A program made the position numbers and the translations under genes. This document shows, piece by piece, positions 28,751 to 52,879 of a DNA stretch of 64,000 nucleotides. Each line of letters starts with the position of its first letter. The first letter of the stretch is position 1. Below the pieces are notes generated by a model that was not told the DNA's origin, did not search any database, and was given only the letters and a program-made list of their open reading frames with translations. Origin of the DNA: the human T2T-CHM13v2.0 reference genome, Homo sapiens. The stretch lies in assembly GCF_009914755.1 (NCBI RefSeq), contig NC_060943.1; one strand, 5' to 3'.

Positions 28751-29328
28751 ACAGCTTGGGCATCCCTTATTCAAAACACTTGAGACTTGGCCAAGTGCAG
28801 TGGCTCACGCCTGTAATCCCAGCACTTTGGGAGGCCGAGAATGGCGGATCACCAGAAGTCAGGAGTTCGAGACCAGCCTGGCCAACATGGTGAAACCCCG
28901 TCTCTACTAAAAATACAAAAATTATCTGGGCATGGTGGCAGATGCTTGTAATCCCAGCTATTCAGGAGGTTGAGGCAGGAGAATTGCTTGAACCCGGGAG
29001 GCAGAGGTAGCATCAGCTGAGATCGCACCACTGCACTCCAGCCTGGGCGACAAAGGGAGACTCTGTTTCAAAAACATAAATAAATAAATAAATAAATAAA
29101 TGCTTGGGACCAGAAGTGTTTTGGATTTTGGATATTTTGGGGTTTTGAAATATTTGCATTTTACTAGTTAATTTGCATTGTACTGGTTCAGCATCTCTAA
29201 TCTAAAAATCTGAAATCTGAAATGCTCCAATAAGCATCTCCTTTGAGTATCAAGTCGGCCCACAAAAAGCTTTGGATTTTGGAGCATTATAAATTTCAGA
29301 TTTTCAGATTAGGGATACTCAATCTGTA
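28751..29328. mobile_element. Tigger4a/MER46-like DNA transposon interrupted by an Alu (~28789-29100)
   Basis: Inverted termini cagcttgggcatccct ... agggatactcaatctgta; internal aaatctgaaatgctccaa. Confidence 0.7.
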
Positions 29329-30117
29329 ATAATAGTAATAGCAGGAGCTCCCTCACAAGTTACTGATAAGATTAGACTGTGTGTCAGTGCTCAGCAAGGC
29401 ACAAGGTAAATCTTGAGGGCTAGAACTATTATTAATATTACTACTGGTCAGGTGCGGTGGCTCATGCCTGTAATCCCAGCACTTTGGGAGGCCAAGGTGG
29501 GCAGATCACCTGAGGTCAGGAGTTTGAGACCAGCCTGGCCAACATGGCAAAACCCGTCTCTATCAAAAATACACAAATTAGCTACGTGTGATGGTGTATG
29601 CCCATAATCTCAGCTACTCAAGAGACTGAGGCAGGAGAACTGCTTGAACCCGGGAGGCAGAGGTTGCAGTGAGCCAAGATCTGCCACTGCACTGTACCCT
29701 GGGCAACAGAGCAAGACTCTGTCTCAAAAAAAAAAAAAAAATTGGGGATAAAAAAGAAAAATAGATAAGCAATACATTTGATAACATCCACTTAGTAGAC
29801 TGAGCTCCTGACTACTAAGGATGTCTGATGAGACATACACAGGCAAGGCAAAATAGAATATTGCCCCAGGAAACTGGCCAGTCCGGGCTTCTATGGGAAA
29901 GCTGTCTGCTTCCATTTTAGGCATTTGATAAAAGCAGACACTATTGACTTTGCATGCCATCGACTGGTGAGATTGTAAAAAGGAACCTAAGATATTTATT
30001 CCAGGAGGAGGAGGGAGATAGACAGGAACCCAAGAGGGGCAGATTGGAGCACAAACGTAGCAAGCACAGAGCCAGCCAGCCCTCGCCTCCTCAGCGTCTC
30101 TCTAACTCTTCTACTTA

Positions 30118-30282
<165 letters not shown>

Positions 30283-30914
30283 TCAGTGTAGTTTCAGACC
30301 AAAGCCTGGGACCCCCACACTTCCTGGAGGGACCGTGAGAAGGCAGAGGTGACGCTGCTATTCCCTTAAGGGTCTCCTCCCCATGTGCCTGGCTGAGTAT
30401 GAATGGGGGAAGATTCAAAGGTAAGAGCCAGTTTTGCAACTTGGCCACTCACACTCACGTAAGCCAATGACTTGACTCAGCCAGACAGTCAACTGAATAA
30501 GCGCAGTCTGTACCCGCGCAAGAAGGACAACCGGCCAATAGTTATTGGAGGAAGGGATTTCCAAGGGTGATGTTTGTCCTGACACAACGTTGTCTCGCAT
30601 ATGGACTTGTAAGACTGACCTGGAAGGAGGTGCAACTCCAGTGCAAATAAACCTATGCCAAGTGAGTTTAGAGACCCTGCAGATCATTAGACATCGGAGA
30701 GACGCATCTAAGTAATTCTCTCTGCCTAGAAGACAAACCCTCTCCTAAACCTCACCCCAACCTCGCTCTCTCTCCTTGCACTACATTTTTTTTGAGACAG
30801 TCTTGCTCTGTCACCAAGGCTGGAGTGCAGTCCACCTACCGGGTTTAAGCAATTCTCATGCCTCAGCCTCTCAAGTAGCTGGGATTACAGGCACCCACCA
30901 CCACGTCCAGCTAG

Positions 30915-31073
<159 letters not shown>

Positions 31074-32151
31074 TAAGTAACTAACTCCCCATGAAGGTAT
31101 CCCAGAAGCCCTTGGCAGCTCACTGTTTAGAATCTGTCAGGGAAGTGCAGTCAGCAGGCAGCCTGCAGCTGCAGAAACTGCAGGACCTGCTGTAGCATTC
31201 CAGCCAAAACCTGACTCTCCCTGGACAGCCCCCACCTATGACTGAGCTTGGTAGATGCCTGGCCGTCCCTTTGCAATGCAGAACTTCCCTGCAGACAACC
31301 GTGGCCTTGATCTCTTTCTGGGTTTGGCCAAGACTCAGGGATGCATCACCATCTGAGACTCTCCCAGCCCTATCCTCCCTCCTTCCCGCTCTCTGTTCAC
31401 AGAGGTCAGACACACGCTATTGTCAAAAGGCTCTTCATGGCTGAGCGTGGTGACTCACACCTGTAATCTCAGCACTTTGGGAGGCCGAGGCGGGAGGATC
31501 ACCTGAGGTCAGGAGTTCAAGACCACCCTGGCCAACATGGCAAAACCCTGTCTCTACTAAAAATACAAAAAAAAAAATTAGCCGGGCTTGGTGGCATGTG
31601 CCTGTAATCCCAGCTATTCTGGAGGCTGAGGCGAGATAATTACCTGAACCCAGGGGAAGGAGGTTGCAGTGAGGCAAGATCACGCCACTGCACTCCAGCC
31701 CTGGGTGACAGAGCAAGACTCTGTCCCAAAAAAAAAAAAAAAAAAAAAAGAAGCTCTTCCTCTGTTTCATATTTTATGAATATTACCCTCAATACATTTT
31801 CTGCACTCCTAACTTCAACTTGGCAGTCACTTCCCAGGAGATGCAGACTGACATAGGTATTTTACTCAACTTTGAAGTCTTCAGCATCAGCCTGATACAC
31901 ATATAAGAAGGTGTCATCCATTCATCCATCATTCATTCATCCATTCATTCAGTGCTTGTATGACTTCATCCCGTATCCGGTACTATATGGCACAGTAAGC
32001 ATAGTGATAATATTAATAAATGTGCAGAATCTGCCCTCAGTAAGAAAGCCTATCACACAGTGAGTTGTTAGAGGGAAGTAATACCCCCTGGGGGTGACTG
32101 TGATGGATGAGAGAGGACAGCCACATTATCTGGTTTGTGGACCACTTACAG

Positions 32152-32931
<780 letters not shown>

Positions 32932-34039
32932 TCAACGGCTGGTCTTCTACAACTCCAAGATGGTGTGGCCATGCTCGGAGTTGATCTTGTTCAGTGCTAC
33001 GTGCCTAATCCTCTCCACTTGCTTGGCACATACTCAACACATATTTGTTGAATGTGGATAACAGAGGAAGTTGAGGAAGTTTTCATGGCCAGGAAGGAGG
33101 CTCAGCTCAGTCTTGAAGAGGGGTGGTGAGTCTGTGATGGACTGAGGAATAGGTTTTGCAGAAACCAATTTCTGCAAATAGGGGAAATACTGATAACACA
33201 GAGGCACCTAAGCTGAGTTCAGGGAAGAGCAAAGTAGCCTGTTTTGGCCAATAGGTGACAGGAAATAGCTGTAGTTGCAATGGACCAGACCCTCTAGTAT
33301 ATTGCATGCCAGACCAAGACCAAGAACATGTGGCCATCCTTAATAAGGAGAAAGGAGCCATTGAAGGTTTTTGTTTGTTTGTTTGTTTGTTTTATTGAGA
33401 TGGATTCTCACTCTGGTGCCTAGGCTGGAGTACAGATAATATAGTCTAAACTATATTGTTTAGACCACCTTCTCAAGTCACTTACCAGCTCATGTTGATT
33501 AACATGTCCTTTTGTCCCTTTCCCCATTTGCTGTCTGTTCTACAGATGTGAGGCTGGGGCTGAGGCAGCCATCTTGTGACCATGAGGAGCACAAAGATGG
33601 AAAGAATCTGGGTCTTCCACAGACCTCCTGCCTATGAGTCAATCTTGATCTAGCTAGTTTGAGTTTCTGCTGTTTTGCTAATAGAGTTTCTAGGACCTCA
33701 AGGAGAAGGTTGGAATATACTGGAATATACTGAGATGGAGTCCATCCCAGAAATTAGGATGGACAACCGGGACTAAGAGGGAATGTTCATTTTATGCATG
33801 CCAAACTCTACTCACAATGCAGCCCAAACAGCAAATTTAGCAAAAATTCCAGCCTGTACCCTTGGAGGATGGGCACCAAGGTTGGGCTGCTCCCACTTTT
33901 GTTTCTCAAGAATGACTATAAAAAAGCTTTTACAATTTTTGGCTGGATGGACCTTTAGGCACATTCCAAGTTCTTTTTTCCCGAGGTTTTGCCAGATATA
34001 CTTTTATTTGTTTTTTATTTGTTTTTATTTGATTTTTAA

Positions 34040-34321
<282 letters not shown>

Positions 34322-34412
34322 TAAAATGCTGGGATTACAGGCATCAGCCACCACACCTGGCCAAAAAAATCCTTAAGTTGTTCTAATACACGAACTTCCT
34401 AGTTAGCACTCA

Positions 34413-34616
<204 letters not shown>

Positions 34617-34849
34617 CTATAGACATATTTCAATCTTCTCATGATTCTCCATGGTGAGAAGATAACCCTCAGGCTGCAAATGACTGGACATACCCAGCTC
34701 AAAACTCATCATGCTTAGAACACAATCTGAAGTCCTTAGCATTCCTTAAATGGGTCAAGCATACTTCTGCCCCAGGACCTTGGCACTGGCTGCGTCTGTT
34801 GCTCAGAATATTATTCCACCATATATCTCCTTGGCTTGTTCCATCATCA

Positions 34850-35056
<207 letters not shown>

Positions 35057-35070
35057 TTAGTCTCCATTTT

Positions 35071-36073
<1,003 letters not shown>

Positions 36074-36633
36074 TGAGATTTATTTCTGAAAACACAGCCT
36101 GCAGTTCTGCAATAGGGCATATTGCTTGATTGTTAAAAACGACGATTCCAAAGCCAGGTGGGGTGGCTCATGCCTGTAATCCCTGCACTTTGAGAGGCTG
36201 AGGCAGGAAGATTGCTCGAGCCCAGGAGTTTGAGACCAGCCTGGGCAACATAGTGAGAACCTGGCCCTGGAAAAAAATTAAAAAAAAAAAAAATTAGCCC
36301 GGCACAGTGACACCTGCCTGTACTCCCAGCTACTTGGGAGGCTGAGGTAGGAGGACTGCATGAGCCCAAGAGTTTGAGGCTACAGTGAGCTAGAGTTGCC
36401 CCACTGTACTCCAGCCTGGGCAATGGAGCAAGACCCCATCTCTAAAAATAAAAATAAAAATAAAAATAAATGTAAATGCAGATTCCTGATGCCCCAACTC
36501 CCAAAGTAGAAAATGAGAATCTCAAGGTTAGTAAGGCCAAGACTGAGCTGTTCATTTCAGGTTTTGAGGCAGACTCCCAGCATGGTTCTATCCATGGGGG
36601 AGCCACTGAACGACCATCCTAAAAGTGCTGTAG

Positions 36634-37343
<710 letters not shown>

Positions 37344-37532
37344 TAGGACATATCGCTTGATTGTTAAAAATGTAGATTCTGGAGCCGGGCGTGGTGGCTC
37401 CTGCCTGTCATTCCTGCACTTTGAGAGGCCAAGGAGGGAGGGTTGCTTGAGCCTGGGAGTTCAAGATCAGCCTGGGAAGACAGCACACTATGCAGGGTCT
37501 CAAGTGATGGCATAAGTCCATCATGCTACGGC

Positions 37533-38068
<536 letters not shown>

Positions 38069-38274
38069 TTAAGTGAGAGAATTATGCCATTACCCTATGG
38101 TTGCAGGTCCTCTTGCTTTTACCCCAAAGTGACAAGACTCATATTTTACCCCAAAGTGATGGGACAGGACTCCTGCTGGACCCCACAGTGATGGGATTCA
38201 CACCATATCCCATGGAGGCAGGACCATGATCTACCCTGTGCGTGACAGCAATGGGACTCATAGCATTATCGTGG

Positions 38275-38993
<719 letters not shown>

Positions 38994-39644
38994 TGTGGTA
39001 ATAAGAATGTGCCGTTACCTTGAGATGATGGGCCTGATGTGGCAGAACTGACAGTTACCCCAACGTGGCAGAATTCAACCTGCTACTCCAAGGAGACAGG
39101 ACATTTGCTGTTCTGTGTGGGATGTGATGCAACTACGGCTGTAACATGACCCCATGTTTAATGGCAAGTGACTTGGGCAGCCTTTGGTTTTGCCAGCCTG
39201 CAGCCTGATGCCATCAAACTCACAGCCCCCAGGAGTCCTTTGGGAACCAGTCCTCCCCAACACGGGGTCTCTGAGATCAGTTCTTGGTTGCCAAAGCCCT
39301 TCTAGATCCAGGATGGGCACAAGATCCAAGCCAAGCTGAGCACCACCTTCTATTCCTGTGGGGGCTCAGAGGTGGTGGGTACAGAACTTAAGTCAGTGCA
39401 GTGAGGGTTTTGCTAGAACATGCTGGAAGGGGAAATTGTCTTCCTTCTGGAGTATCTAAGGGTTTTGCCATCTTGCTAGCATGGGGTGAAGGGTGAGGGA
39501 GAAGCTGCCTGATAACAAAACCAACAAAGAGGAAAATAAAGATGAAGGAGACTGATCAGGTACATCGCTTAAGCTTCTTGATACAGCTATACCTGAACCA
39601 ACTCCCTGAACTTTTTGGTTATGGGTACCAACAAACTCCTTTAA

Positions 39645-39878
<234 letters not shown>

Positions 39879-40261
39879 AGTAGAAACAGGGTTTCTCCAT
39901 TTTGGTCAGGCTGGTCTCGAACTCCCAACCTCAGGTGATCCACCCGCCTCGGCCTCCCAAAGTGCTGGGATTACAGGTGTGAGCAACCGTGCCCGGCCAG
40001 TTAAGCCAATTTGAGTTGGGGTTCTGGTGCATGAAACCACAAGATTCCCAACTGTTACAGTCTCCATTTCTTCATCTGAAAATAACACCACCAACGCCAC
40101 AGCTTGTGATGAGGAACTCAATGAAGCATACCACAAAAGCACTTCGCACACAGAACGCAATTTTATCCGTTGCTACAAGGGTCATTTTTTATTGGTGGCA
40201 TCCTTGTTGCTGCTGCTGTTGTTCTCACACTCCTGGGTATTCAACTCTTCAGAGTGATTTT

Positions 40262-41600
<1,339 letters not shown>

Positions 41601-41699
41601 TAGTGGCAGAACAGCTGAGGCAGAAACAAAATACTGACCAAATGTTTGACTTCTTTTATTGCCTCTATTCTTATTATGTGGCAGGCAATGCTCTAAGCC

Positions 41700-41908
41700 T
41701 GGAGTTGGCAAACAGTGGGCTGGGAGCCAAATCCAGTAGGCCACCTGTTTTTGCAAATAATATCCTATTGGAATATGGCCACATTTATTGGTTAGTACAT
41801 CGTCTAACCCTGCTTTCACGCTGCAAAGGCAGAGTTAAGTAGCTCCAACAGAGACCATATGGCCCTGAGAGCTGAAAATATTTACTATCTGGCCCTTGGC
41901 CAACCCCC
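41700..41908. mobile_element. MER58-like DNA transposon
   Basis: gttggcaaac...ccacctgtttttgcaaataa...gctgaaaatatttactatctggccct. Confidence 0.72.
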
Positions 41909-41961
41909 GTTCTCAGCTGCCGGTATACATGAGTGAACAAAGCAGATAATATGCTTTCCCA

Positions 41962-42349
41962 GTGGGAAATTATAAATGACCATGAGTTCTTTGCAGCCTC
42001 TCCCACCAAGAAGTGGAGTCTATGTTCCCACCTGTTGAATCTGGGCTTGGCCATATGGCTTGCTTTGGCCAATGGAATATTTGCAAACGTGATACAAGCT
42101 GAGGCTTGAAAAGCACTTGAACATTGAGGTCTGCCCTTCCTGGCTGCTGGGGTAAGAGACTTATGGAGAGAGACCCCCACTGACCATCAAAGACACAAGA
42201 GGCTCCCCTAAACCATCAGCCGTAGCTAAACAGGCCCAGGCCAGACAAACCTTCAGTCAACACATGAAATCATCAGAGCTCCTAAAGGAGTGTTTTAAGC
42301 CACTAAGCACTGAGGTGGTTTTGTTACGCAACAAGAGCTAGCTGATACA
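41962..42349 (+). mobile_element. MLT1-family LTR
   Basis: ctgggcttggccatatggcttgctttggccaatggaat ... ttttaagccactaag...ttgttacgcaac...gctgataca. Confidence 0.7.
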
Positions 42350-42481
42350 CTCACAAAGCTTATCATCTGGTTGGGGAGAGTGAATAAATTGACAACAAAG
42401 GCTAGGTACAGTGGCTCAGGCCCTGTAATCTCAGCACTTTGGGAAGCCAAGGTGGGAGGATCACTTAAACCCAGGAGTTCA

Positions 42482-42712
<231 letters not shown>

Positions 42713-42979
42713 CTAGTGACAAATCGAAGAGTTAAAACTAAATGATGTGACAGAGAGTGCACGGATGATTGACTCAGACGGGAAGGATTTGCCAAGGAGG
42801 TGACTTTTAAGCTGCCATCTAGATGACGAGGGGAAAAAGTGGATCATTCTCAAATGCAGGGACAAGCATTATAGGAAGAGGGAACAGCTAATTGAAAGGC
42901 ACAGAGGAAAGCGGATGTAGCAAGTTGCAGGAAAAGCTCCTGCGGTAACGACCACCACGGCCAGGGGGCACCGGAATGA

Positions 42980-43480
<501 letters not shown>

Positions 43481-43611
43481 TGATGGTGAAATAGATGGAG
43501 GTGTAGACAAATTTGAGACCTCAGCTTAATAGGAAGAAGTGAGAGAGGCCAAGAAGAATCAAGGATTTTAGGTAATTCTCCCCTTCCCAGTGGATACCCC
43601 ATACGCATTGA

Positions 43612-44148
<537 letters not shown>

Positions 44149-44180
44149 TAGAAAATGCCACAGTACGATTAAGTCTTTCA

Positions 44181-44339
<159 letters not shown>

Positions 44340-44457
44340 TTAGCTGGGTATGGTGACAGATGTCTGTAATCCCAGCTACTTAGAGGCTAAGGCAGGAGAA
44401 TCACTTGAACCCGGGAGGCTGAGTTGCAGTGAGCCAAGATCGCACCATTGCACTTCA

Positions 44458-44685
<228 letters not shown>

Positions 44686-45414
44686 TTAAAAGCTTCAGAA
44701 ATAAAAATATTAATTTTTTTAAACCTACGCAATAAAATACGGTGACAATGCACCCCCCTCTCCTTTGTTTTCTTCCGTTCAGGAAAGGTCCCAGATACCA
44801 AGGATGTGCGGTCAATTTCTCAGGGTTTCTGTTTTAGCATCTCCCGCATCATCAGTGAGAAAATCAAAGGAGGTTGCTATATTTCTCAGGCCATTGTTAA
44901 GGTGAGGGAAAAATGCCTTTTATTTAAGGCCAATGTCTTTTAAACAAACATCTTGCCAGAAGATATTAACCCATTTTTTTTATTTCAATTGTGATTTTAA
45001 AAAGAAAGAAATGAATCAAAAGGAATATGGTCATTTCCTCAATCTTGGGAATACACTGGCCAAAAAAAAAAAAAAAAACCTAAAACAAAAGTCTGTCTGG
45101 TATGAAAAGGTGATTTATAGACCCTTTTGGTCAATAAAGCCAAAAGGTTTTTTTGGTAGGTTTTTATCAACAACGAGCAAAACAAAACATATTGTACTTG
45201 CAGGTTTCACAAACACTCAAAGAAAGAGTCATAAGAACTGAAATTACAGCTTGTTTTCCTTCCCGCCCTCTCCACCCAGGGAAATACAATTTCCCACCCC
45301 AACACTCTCGCTTGGCTAATTCTCAAGTCTGAAGAGGAAGATACTTTACGTAAGCAGGTCAGCTCAAGGCCTCTTGATGTGTGTCTGTTTCTGATTTGTT
45401 TTTGTGTTGTTTTG

Positions 45415-45415
45415 T

Positions 45416-45452
<37 letters not shown>
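45415..45452. repeat. (TG)n microsatellite
   Basis: Pure TG run of about 17 units. Confidence 0.93.
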
Positions 45453-45453
<1 letters not shown>

Positions 45454-45844
45454 TTAAAACAAAACATAAAACCTCAATACAAAAACCAGGAAACAGATTT
45501 TTGCAACTCAGTTACGGCCCCAAAATAGCTCATGGAAGAAGCTCACAGTACGAACAGAAAGTCTGCGATGTGCGTAGGAAATCTGACTCTGTCGAAGAGA
45601 GAAAACCCTGCTATTTCTCACCCAAACGGCAGGAAATGGTTTGATTATACTGTCCTTCAGAGAACAGCAAAGCCCTGAGAATAATGCAGAAGCGAGTCTC
45701 TTCCTCCTGGAGACAGTATGTTCTGGGCTAATCTTGGCACACCACCAGGCTACAGGTCAGGGAAGACACGAAAGACCTTGGTATATCCTTTATGTGACAA
45801 TGATGAAGCTACATCAGTGAGGACAGGCCACGTGGAGGATTTTA

Positions 45845-46258
<414 letters not shown>

Positions 46259-46467
46259 CTATCTGGTCCTTTAGAGAAAAAGGTAGTCAACTCCCACTCC
46301 CAAGCCCAGGACCAAAACAGGGTGCAAAAGTAGCATCTGAGAGCAGAGACCTCACTCATAGCCAATTAACCCTGGGTTTGCACACAGTTTTAACAAGCGG
46401 CATCGTCACAACCAACCCCACGTTCCTTCTCCTCTCGGCTGCCCCCCAGACCCACATCCAGAACTCA

Positions 46468-46926
<459 letters not shown>

Positions 46927-46989
46927 CTAACAGTAAAAGCGGCACGTCTACATCATTACCCACATGTCAGACACATCTATTAACTGGTT

Positions 46990-47465
46990 TAAGCCTCCAA
47001 ACCATTGGTGAGCTTGTAAATGTTTAACAGCTGCCTGAGGGAGGGGCCCAGGGAGGCCCAGATTTATATAGCATTTGCCGATTTCCATGGTGTAAATATT
47101 CCTACCAGTGGTGGATTTCAGGCCACCAACATGAAGTTACTAAACATAAGCTGACAAAAGATACACAGTAGCATTCCTCTAAGTAGTATTTATAAGTATA
47201 CACAAAATGTATCTACTATTGACACAAAAGTAGTAAATAACCTCAACAGCACAAATAATAGGAAAACATCGTATGATATTAGGAGGTGGTGAGTTTTGAG
47301 TATTTGTTACTTTTAAAAAGCTTTGTTAATTTAAAAACTTTTGTTTTTAATGTAATTTGTTTAACTGTAGGTTTATGTAATTTTTATGAATATCTATGTT
47401 TAACAAATGGCTCACAAATTGCCTGAAAATTTCACCACTGGCTCCAGCAAGCCAACTCCAGCATG
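46990..47465. mobile_element. MER63-like DNA transposon remnant
   Basis: tagcatttgccgatttccatggtgtaaatattcc motif. Confidence 0.5.
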
Positions 47466-47489
47466 CTGCTGCACCCCACATGTGAAGTA

Positions 47490-47575
47490 GATACACTGTT
47501 AGCTCCTTTATTTTTTTGTTTTACAAATGGGGAAACTGAGGTACAGGGAGGTTAAGTAACTTGCCCCCAAACCAC
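47490..47575. mobile_element. MIR core fragment
   Basis: ttttacaaatggggaaactgaggtacagggaggttaagtaacttgccc. Confidence 0.75.
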
Positions 47576-47995
47576 TGATTGCTTCAACAGACATTTGCTT
47601 GCACTAATCTAGATACTGTGGCCACTGTGGGGAAAAAAGTGGCTGCAGATCCTGCCTTTGGGAGCACAAGGTCTAATGGAGGAGACATGTTAGTTACTTA
47701 AACATGCAAATGTGGCTCGGTGTGGTGGCTCACGCCTGTAATCCTAGCAATTTGGGAGGTCGAGGCGGGTGGATCACCTGAGGTCAGGAGTTTGAGACCA
47801 GCCTGGTCAACATGGTGAAACCCTGTCTCTACTAAAAATACAAAAATTAGCTAGGTGTGCTGGTGCATGCCTGTAATCCCAGCTGCTCAGGAGGCTGAGG
47901 CACGAGAATCACTTGAATCTGGGAGGTGGAGGCTGCAGTGAGCCATGATCGTGCCACTATACTCCAGCCTGGGCAACAAGTGCAAAATTCTGTCA

Positions 47996-48199
<204 letters not shown>

Positions 48200-48789
48200 T
48201 TAGCCGGGTGTGGTGGTGGGCGTCTGTAATCCCAGCTACTCAGGAGGCTGAGGCAGGAGAATCGCTTGAACCTGGGAGGGGAGGTTGCAGGGAGCCGAGA
48301 TCATGCCACTGCACTCCAGCCTTGGTGACAGAGGGAGACTCTGTCTCAAAACAAAAAATGAAACAAAACAAAAAATAAGAAAGAAAGTTGGGGAGTGTTC
48401 TTCACCCCAAATCCCCAGACTGTGATTCTCAGCACAGTGGATCCCACCGGCCAAACTCAGGGAACAGAAGTGGCCCCAGAAGCTACATCCATATATGAAC
48501 AGCACCATCTGGTCGAAATTTCTGCGATGACGGAAATGTTCTCTATCTGGGCCATCCAACATAGTAGCCACTTCTCCCCTGTGGCTTCTGAATGTGCTTA
48601 GTGCAACTAGGAAATCCAATTTTTTTTTTAATTGTGGTAAAATACACATAGCATAAAATTCACCATTGTAATCATGTTTAAATGTATAGTTCAGTGGTAT
48701 TAAATACTTTTATGTGGCTATGCAACCATCACCACCACCCATCTCCAGAACTTTCTCACCTTAACCAAACTGAAACTCTGCCCCCATGA

Positions 48790-49092
<303 letters not shown>

Positions 49093-49223
49093 TGATCCTC
49101 CTGCCTCAGCCTCCCAAAGTGCAGGGATTACAGGTGTGAGCCACTGCGCCCGACATCCCATTTTACTTTCTGTCTCTGTGACTCTGATGACTCTAGGAAC
49201 CTCATATAAGTGGAATAATATAG

Positions 49224-49604
<381 letters not shown>

Positions 49605-50747
49605 TAACTGCATTTCATTTTAATTTCAGTTTAAAATTTTTAAAAAGTTTTACATTGATACAGAATATTTTACACATTTATGGGGTACTTGTGATATTTT
49701 GTCATATGGATAAAATGTGTAACGATTTCTTTTTTGGGTGTGTGATGGGGTCTGGCTCTGTCACTTAGGTTCTGGGGTACAGTGACACAGTGACAGTTCA
49801 CTGCAGCCTCAATCTCCTGGGCTCAGGTGATCCTCCCACCTCGGCCTCTTGGGTAGCTGGAATAATGGACATGCGCCACCACGCCCAGCTAAGTGTTTAA
49901 TTTTTTGTAGAAATGGGGTCTCACTATGTTGCCCAGGCTGGTCTCGAACTCCTGGCTCAAGCGATCCTCCCACCTCAGCCTCCCAAAGTGCTGAGATTAC
50001 AAGTATGAGCCACTGTGCCTGACACAATTCCAATGTTTACTAGCCACAGATGACTACCGTCTCCCAGACGAGACAGTTCAGGCATACAGAATAAAAGCCA
50101 ACTCCCTACAGGCCTTGGGGGGTCTAATCCCTGCCAGTCTTGCTAAATTCTTCTCCCAGGCTGGCCTCCTTTCTGCACCTCCCACCCACACACACCCAGG
50201 CTCAGCCCTACCTTAGGACCTTGCACAAGCTGTTCTGGGTGGAGCACCCTGGTCCCTTGTCCCCTTGTGACTTGCTCCTTTGCATCCTTCAGGTCCTTAC
50301 ACAGATCTTCCCTGACTTCCCCAGCAGAAGTCGCCCTTCCTGCTCCATTCATAAGCTAACACATTATCTCATTACATTTTCCTTATGGCATGGATCACTC
50401 TTGAAAATTATCTTGGGGCTGGGCGCGGGGGCTCACACCTATAATCCCAGCACTTTGGGAGGCTGAGGTGGGTGGATTATTTGAGGTCAGGAGTTCAAGA
50501 CCAGCCTGGCCAACATGGTAAAACCCCGACTCTACTAAAAATACAGAAATTAGCTGGGCGTGGTGGTGGGCGCCTGTAATCCCAGCTACTCAGCTACTCA
50601 GAAGGCTGAGGCACAAGAATCACTTGAACCTGGGAGGTGGAGGTTGCAGTGAGCTGAGATCCACTGCACTCCAGGCTGGCTGACAGAGTGAGACTCCGTC
50701 CAAAAAAAAAAAAAAAACAAGAATATTAGGAAGTTCTAATAGGGCTA

Positions 50748-50996
<249 letters not shown>

Positions 50997-51576
50997 CTAG
51001 GTGACAGAGCGAGACTCTATCTCAAAAAAAAAAAAAAAAAAAAAAAGGGAGGGGGGATTGTTAATAAGAGTCCCTTCCTTCCTTCTTAAGGCTGTTGCAA
51101 GAAATAAACAGGATGACGTCAGTAACACATCAGATTCTTTGATAGAGACATTTTTAGGCTTGATAGAAATTAACTACAGAGGGTATCTATAATTATCATA
51201 ATTATCAACATCATTAACACTGATCTGTCTGTGGGAACCTGAGGGCTGAAATTCAATTGAAGGAAGCAATATACAAGGCAGACAACAATGATCCAGGACC
51301 CACGGAGTTCCAGCACTCTGGCAAGGAAACACACACACAAGAGGAAGGGGCTTGTTTCCTGGGCTGGAGCCACTTCAGAGGGTCAGCCCTTTCATTCAAA
51401 AGAGGCGTCATCAATGGCCTAACACAAACCTCTCAAACACATAAGTCCTTCCGGCCTAGACAATGGGAAGAAAAATTATCCAACCATTGCAAACAAGGCC
51501 AGAGGCTGCGAGACTTTGCAATCCTGTGTTGGAGCCCTAGCTGACAGGCCTATCTGAGCTATTTCATTTGTCAGCA

Positions 51577-51780
51577 CAGGAGTTGGTCAACTTTTTCTGT
51601 AAAGGGCCACAAGCAAATACTTGAGGCTTTGCAGGACATATGGTGTTGGTTGAAACTACTCAACTCTGCCACGATGGCATGATAGCAGCCACAGACATAT
51701 GTACATGAAGAGGCATGGCTAGGTCCAATAAAACTTTATTTATAAAAGCAAGTGATGGGCCAGATAGTTTATCAACCTGC
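51577..51780. mobile_element. MER58-like DNA transposon
   Basis: ggtcaactttttctgtaaagggcca...actactcaactctgcc...ccaataaaactttatttat. Confidence 0.72.
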
Positions 51781-52879
51781 ACTAGTTAAATGTACCTGTA
51801 ATTGATTTTACTATTACTTTTTTTTTTTTTTTTTGAAACCGAGTCTTGCTCTGTTGTCCAGGCTGAAGTACAGCGGTGCCATCTCCGCTCACTGTAAACT
51901 CTGTGTCCCAGGTTCAAGCAATTCTCCTGCCTCAGCCTCCTGAGTAGCTGGGATTACAGGCACCCACAACCATGCCTGGATAATTTTTGTATTTTTAGTA
52001 GAGACTGGGTTTCAGCATGTTGGCCAGTCTGGTCTTGAACTCCTGACCTCAAGTGATCTGCCCACCTTGGCCTCCCAAAGTGCTGGGATTATAGGCATGA
52101 CCCACTACGCCTGGCCGATTTTACTATTTCTATTAGGAACTAGACTCAAGGAAATTAGAGTTAACTTACAGACAGATATGCTACAAATTATTTTCATCTC
52201 AGAGAAAAGATACTCTCAGCTGGGCATGGAGGCTCATGCCTGTAATCCCAGCACTTTGGGAGGCTGAGGCGGGAGGATTGCTTGAGCCCAGGCATTCGAG
52301 ACCAGCCTGGGTAACAGAGTGAGATCCTATCTCTCCTTGCCGAAAAAAAAAAGAAAAAAATCATCCCCAAAGATTACAGTTTTATTGTCCTATGGGACAT
52401 TAAGCAGCCTCACAGCTAACACTGCCTTCTTATTTCAGTGACTATACATGTTTTGGCTTTATAATCCTGCTGTTCCCTCACTAATGGGTTAAATAAACAT
52501 GCTGACCTGTGTTCTTTGGTGGTTTTTTTTTTTTTTTTTTTTTGAGACAGAGTCTCACTCTGTTGTCCAGGCTGAAGTGCAATGGTGAGAACTCAGCTCA
52601 CTGCAACCTCCGCCTCCCGGGTTCAAGCAATTCTCTGCCTCAGCCTCCTGAGTAGCTGGGATTACAGGCGCCCGTCATCACGCCCAGCTAATTTTTGTAT
52701 TTTTAGTAGAGATGGGGTTTCACCACGTTGGCCAGGCTGGTCTTGAACTCCTGACCTCGGGATCCACCCATCTTGGCCTCCCAAAGTGCTGGGATTACAG
52801 GCGTGAGCCACCGCGCCCAACCAATTCTTTGAAGACTATCCTTCGAACACTATAAGCTCATTCCAGGTGTTTCCAACTC

